This document shows, piece by piece, positions 33,981 to 37,762 of a stretch of 37,762 nt of DNA; position 1 is the stretch's first letter; each line of letters opens with the position of its first letter. The DNA is from Chiloscyllium plagiosum (lineage: Eukaryota), in assembly GCF_004010195.1 (NCBI RefSeq), contig NC_057755.1, forward strand, positions 12,334,407 through 12,372,168, in the 5' to 3' direction. The notes under the pieces are model-generated. The model was given only the letters and a program-made list of their open reading frames with translations. It made no database searches and had not been told where the DNA came from. The position numbers and the translations under genes were made by a program.

Positions 33981-34275
33981 TGTGGCTCAGTGGTTAGCAC
34001 TGCTGCCTCACAGTGCCAGGGACCCAGGTTCAATTCCCACTTCGGGCAACTGTCTATGTGGAGTTTGCACATTCTCCCCGTGTTTGCATGGGTTTCATCC
34101 AGGTTTCCTCCCACAGTCCAAAGATGTGCAGGTTAGGTGAATTGGCCATGCTAAATTGCCCATAGTATTAGATGCATTAATTAAGGAATGGGTCTGGGTG
34201 GGTTACACTTTGGAGAGTCGGTGTGGATTGGTTGGGCCGAAGGGCCTGTTTCCACACTGTAGGGAATCTAATCTA
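33981..34275 (+). mobile_element. HE1-like V-SINE
   Basis: A and B boxes, V-core, and tail gggaatctaatcta. Confidence 0.92.
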
Positions 34276-34335
34276 AAATAACTACAATGACTCCAGTATC
34301 CTGTCACCAAGTCATCCTTTATTTACATGTGCACA

Positions 34336-35807
34336 TATCTTTTTCCCCCAGCCCCATGGTGTGTGTGTGCAGGTGTGAGACACAGTGAGAGACACAAGCT
34401 GCATGAATCTTTATTCAATTTCCACCACCAGGAAGATAGGAAAACACCCGAGTGGCCAGTGACGAGCAGTGCCTCATCACATCAATGGGGAATGCTAATT
34501 CCCTGTTTATATATTTTTTTGTTTTCTCATTTCTTTTTTTTTCTTTTTTTTAAATGTCTGATGCTTTTATAATTTTTTTACCCCCACATTACCGCCTGAC
34601 TGTGGTAGTGCTTATTTTTTCCCCAGCACCCATGTGTGTGCAGGAGTGAGACAAATTCCCTGTTTATTTTTTTTCCTGTTTTTTTTTATTCTATTAAGCA
34701 ATTACAAAACATAGTTTACAAAAAACAGTTAACATTTACAGCTGTATACAATAGCAATTTTACAAGGGAGAGGAACAGCAAAGTTAGGCCCCAAACTCTA
34801 CCGTTCAACCAGTTTACAGGGAATTGAGGATAAACTTCAAATAATTCCCTGTTTTGTTTTTTTTTTCTTCTTGTGAGGCTCCAGTTTGTTTTTTTTTAGA
34901 CTCAGCAAGCCCCCGCCCCTCCCACCTTACTCCTGTTTATTCTTTTTCCCCCACACTGCGATAGTGGGGGACTCATGTTTATTTTTTTTTTAACCCCCAC
35001 ACTACCACCTAAGTGCGGTAGTGCTTATTTTTTTCCCAGCACCCATGGTGTGTGTGTGCAGGATTCCCTGGGTTTTTTTTCTATTTTTCTTTCTCTTTTC
35101 TCTCTTTTCTTTTTTTTTTCTTTTAAACCCCCACACTACCACCTAAGTGCGGTAGTGTTTATTTTATCACCAGCACCCATGGTGTGTGTGTGCAGGTGTG
35201 AGACACAGTGAAAGACACAAAGTGCACGAATCTTTATTCAATTTCCACCACCAGGAAGATAGGAAAACACCCGAGTTGCCAGTGACAAACACTGCCCTTC
35301 ACATCAAAGGGCAGTGCTGTGTGATCAAAACAGTGAAGGGGAGGGCAGGGACTAAATCAAAATAGAATTGGAGGGAGAAATGATGCACTCCACTCCCTGC
35401 GGTGCCCACCTCTCCCTGAACAACTTCAGGGTGTTGGTCGACACTGTGCGCTCCTTCTCCAAGGACACCCGGGCTCTAACGTAACCGCGGAAGAGGGGCA
35501 GGCAGTCGGCCCTGATTCCCTGTTTATTTATTTATTTATTTTTTCTTACTGCCCTTCACATCAAAGGGCATTGCTAAAACTCCTGTTTATTTTATTTTTC
35601 CTTTTTTTAAAATTTTTTTTTAAATTTAACTCCCACACTACCACCTAAGTGCGGTCGTGCTTATTTTTTTCCCCAGCACCCATGGTGTGTGTGTGCAGGT
35701 GTGAAACACAGTGAAAGACACAAAGCGCACGAATCTTTATTTAAATTCCACCACCAGGAAGATAGGAAAACACCCGGGTGGCCAGTGATAAACACTGCCC
35801 TTCACAT
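34336..35807 (-). mobile_element. Tandem array of 5'-truncated Tx1-type LINE 3' ends
   Basis: Repeated poly-T + ccccacactaccacctaagtgcggtagtgc... units. The longest unit encodes RADCLPLFRGYVRARVSLEKERTVSTNTLKLFRERWAPQGVECIISPSNSILI* (35352-35513), resembling the Tx1 ORF2 C-terminus. Confidence 0.8.
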
Positions 35808-36681
35808 NNNNNNNNNNNNNNNNNNNNNNNNNNNNNNNNNNNNNNNNNNNNNNNNNNNNNNNNNNNNNNNNNNNNNNNNNNNNNNNNNNNNNNNNNNNNN
35901 NNNNNNNNNNNNNNNNNNNNNNNNNNNNNNNNNNNNNNNNNNNNNNNNNNNNNNNNNNNNNNNNNNNNNNNNNNNNNNNNNNNNNNNNNNNNNNNNNNNN
36001 NNNNNNNNNNNNNNNNNNNNNNNNNNNNNNNNNNNNNNNNNNNNNNNNNNNNNNNNNNNNNNNNNNNNNNNNNNNNNNNNNNNNNNNNNNNNNNNNNNNN
36101 NNNNNNNNNNNNNNNNNNNNNNNNNNNNNNNNNNNNNNNNNNNNNNNNNNNNNNNNNNNNNNNNNNNNNNNNNNNNNNNNNNNNNNNNNNNNNNNNNNNN
36201 NNNNNNNNNNNNNNNNNNNNNNNNNNNNNNNNNNNNNNNNNNNNNNNNNNNNNNNNNNNNNNNNNNNNNNNNNNNNNNNNNNNNNNNNNNNNNNNNNNNN
36301 NNNNNNNNNNNNNNNNNNNNNNNNNNNNNNNNNNNNNNNNNNNNNNNNNNNNNNNNNNNNNNNNNNNNNNNNNNNNNNNNNNNNNNNNNNNNNNNNNNNN
36401 NNNNNNNNNNNNNNNNNNNNNNNNNNNNNNNNNNNNNNNNNNNNNNNNNNNNNNNNNNNNNNNNNNNNNNNNNNNNNNNNNNNNNNNNNNNNNNNNNNNN
36501 NNNNNNNNNNNNNNNNNNNNNNNNNNNNNNNNNNNNNNNNNNNNNNNNNNNNNNNNNNNNNNNNNNNNNNNNNNNNNNNNNNNNNNNNNNNNNNNNNNNN
36601 NNNNNNNNNNNNNNNNNNNNNNNNNNNNNNNNNNNNNNNNNNNNNNNNNNNNNNNNNNNNNNNNNNNNNNNNNNNNNNNNN
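35808..36681. other. Assembly gap (874 N)
   Basis: Run of N. Confidence 1.
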
Positions 36682-37190
36682 TCTCTCGCCCTCTCTCCCT
36701 CTGTACCCCTCTCTCCCTTTCTCCCTCTCTCAAACTCTCGCCCTCTCTCCTTATGTCGCCCAAGCCCCCTCTCTCGCCCTCTTTCCCTCTCTCACCCTCT
36801 CGGCCTCTCTCCCTCTCCCGCTCCCCACTCCCGCTCTCGCCCTCTCTCCCTATATCGCCCAAGCCCCCTCTCTCGCCCTCTTTCCCTCTCTCACCGTCTC
36901 GGCCTCTCTCCCTCTCCCGCTCCCCACTCTCGCTCTCGCCCTCTCTCACTCTCGCCCTCTCTCTGACTCTCTCGCCATCTCAACCGTCCTCGCTTTCTCG
37001 TTATTTCTCGCCCTAATGCCCTCTCTCGCCTCTCACTCTATCTCGCCCTCTTTAACTCTCTCTTCTCCCTCTCTCCCTCTCTCCTTCTCGCCCTCTCTCC
37101 CTCTCTCGGCCTCTCAACCTCTCTCACCCTCTCTCCCTCTCTTGCCCTCCCCCTTCTCTCGCTCTCTCTCTCTCTCCTCACCTTCCTCCG
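36682..37190. repeat. CT-rich low-complexity tract with a two-copy 99-bp higher-order repeat
   Basis: Polypyrimidine (ctctcgccct)n-like sequence. The marker cgcccaagccccct occurs at 36757 and 36856. Confidence 0.9.
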
Positions 37191-37480
37191 TTTATCTTTG
37201 ACAGAATGTCTCTCCCCCTCCATCCCTTCCACTCTGTCTGATGCACTCTGTCTCCCTGGTTCTTCCCTTCCCCCTGAGGTGGTGAGAGAGGAAGTGTTTG
37301 CAGTGAGAGAGAGGGGCAGAAATGAGGAGAAAGAGTAAGGGAGAGGAAATGTGAGGCCAGGTTAGAGTGGGGTCACAGAGGGATTTAAACCCAGCTCCTG
37401 AGCTCAGGGCGCGATGTTCTCTCCTTCCCTGAGGACCAGGACTTGGGGCTGAGTCTGTCTTTCTCCAGCTCAGCTTCTCC

Positions 37481-37546
37481 AACACAAAGACACACAAAAA
37501 CATCGGTCATTCTGCTGCTCGGCACGCTTTAATGAACATTTTTATT
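37481..37546 (-). terminator. Candidate cleavage/polyadenylation signal of a minus-strand gene lying to the right
   Basis: Minus-strand AATAAA (37541-37546) and ATTAAA (37528-37533) are followed about 25 nt later by a GU-rich element tgtttttgtgtgtctttgtgtt, in non-repeat DNA. Confidence 0.45.
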
Positions 37547-37762
37547 GTTTACAAATGGAAGTGATGGATACAGTCAGTGGGATGGTATCTTTTCTCACTG
37601 GCCCCTGAGTTGTGAGAAGCATTGAAATGTTTCCCTGTAACCCCCCTGTGGGATAAGGACGGACAAACCAGCGCTACCCTCAGTCTGTTACCATAGCGAC
37701 AGGCTGCTCCATCGCTGAAACACTGAACTGAAATGAGAAAATCCCGGATGGATTGATTAATG

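Noticed and set aside
34497..35590. Short constant motif alternating with variable segments, superficially CRISPR-like
   Set aside because: Eukaryotic context, a motif of only about 10 bp, and segments that are poly-A-tailed LINE ends of unequal length, with no cas genes.
35689..37232. Long ORFs of 400+ aa and S/P/L- or R/E/G-rich ORFs
   Set aside because: Artefacts of the N gap and the CT-rich low-complexity tract.

Overview
This is vertebrate nuclear DNA, almost certainly from a cartilaginous fish (shark-type HE1/V-SINEs and CR1/HER1-type LINEs). The large majority of the window is decayed, often nested transposable elements: CR1, L2, RTE, Tx1, Penelope-like elements, solo-LTR-like pieces and a Harbinger transposase relic. 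There is an 874-N assembly gap at 35808-36681. The one clearly recognisable host coding sequence is a 157-bp + strand hexokinase exon (HKDC1-like exon 2, 12167-12323). Reading the non-repeat islands on the - strand gives nine AG/GT-bounded candidate exons between 28835 and 668. They splice in compatible phases into about 330 codons of a protein I cannot identify, with five in-frame stops and one transposon insertion. This looks like an unannotated multi-exon pseudogene running antisense across the hexokinase exon. Other notable structure: several Penelope-derived families carrying minimal hammerhead-ribozyme cores, including TSD-flanked palindromes (one loop matches a neighbouring CR1); a head-to-tail stack of 5'-truncated Tx1-type LINE ends all joined at the same short motif; a local inverted duplication around one exon; and multi-level TE nests. 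Family assignments come from recalled motifs, not database searches. I found no rRNA, true tRNA gene or CRISPR array.
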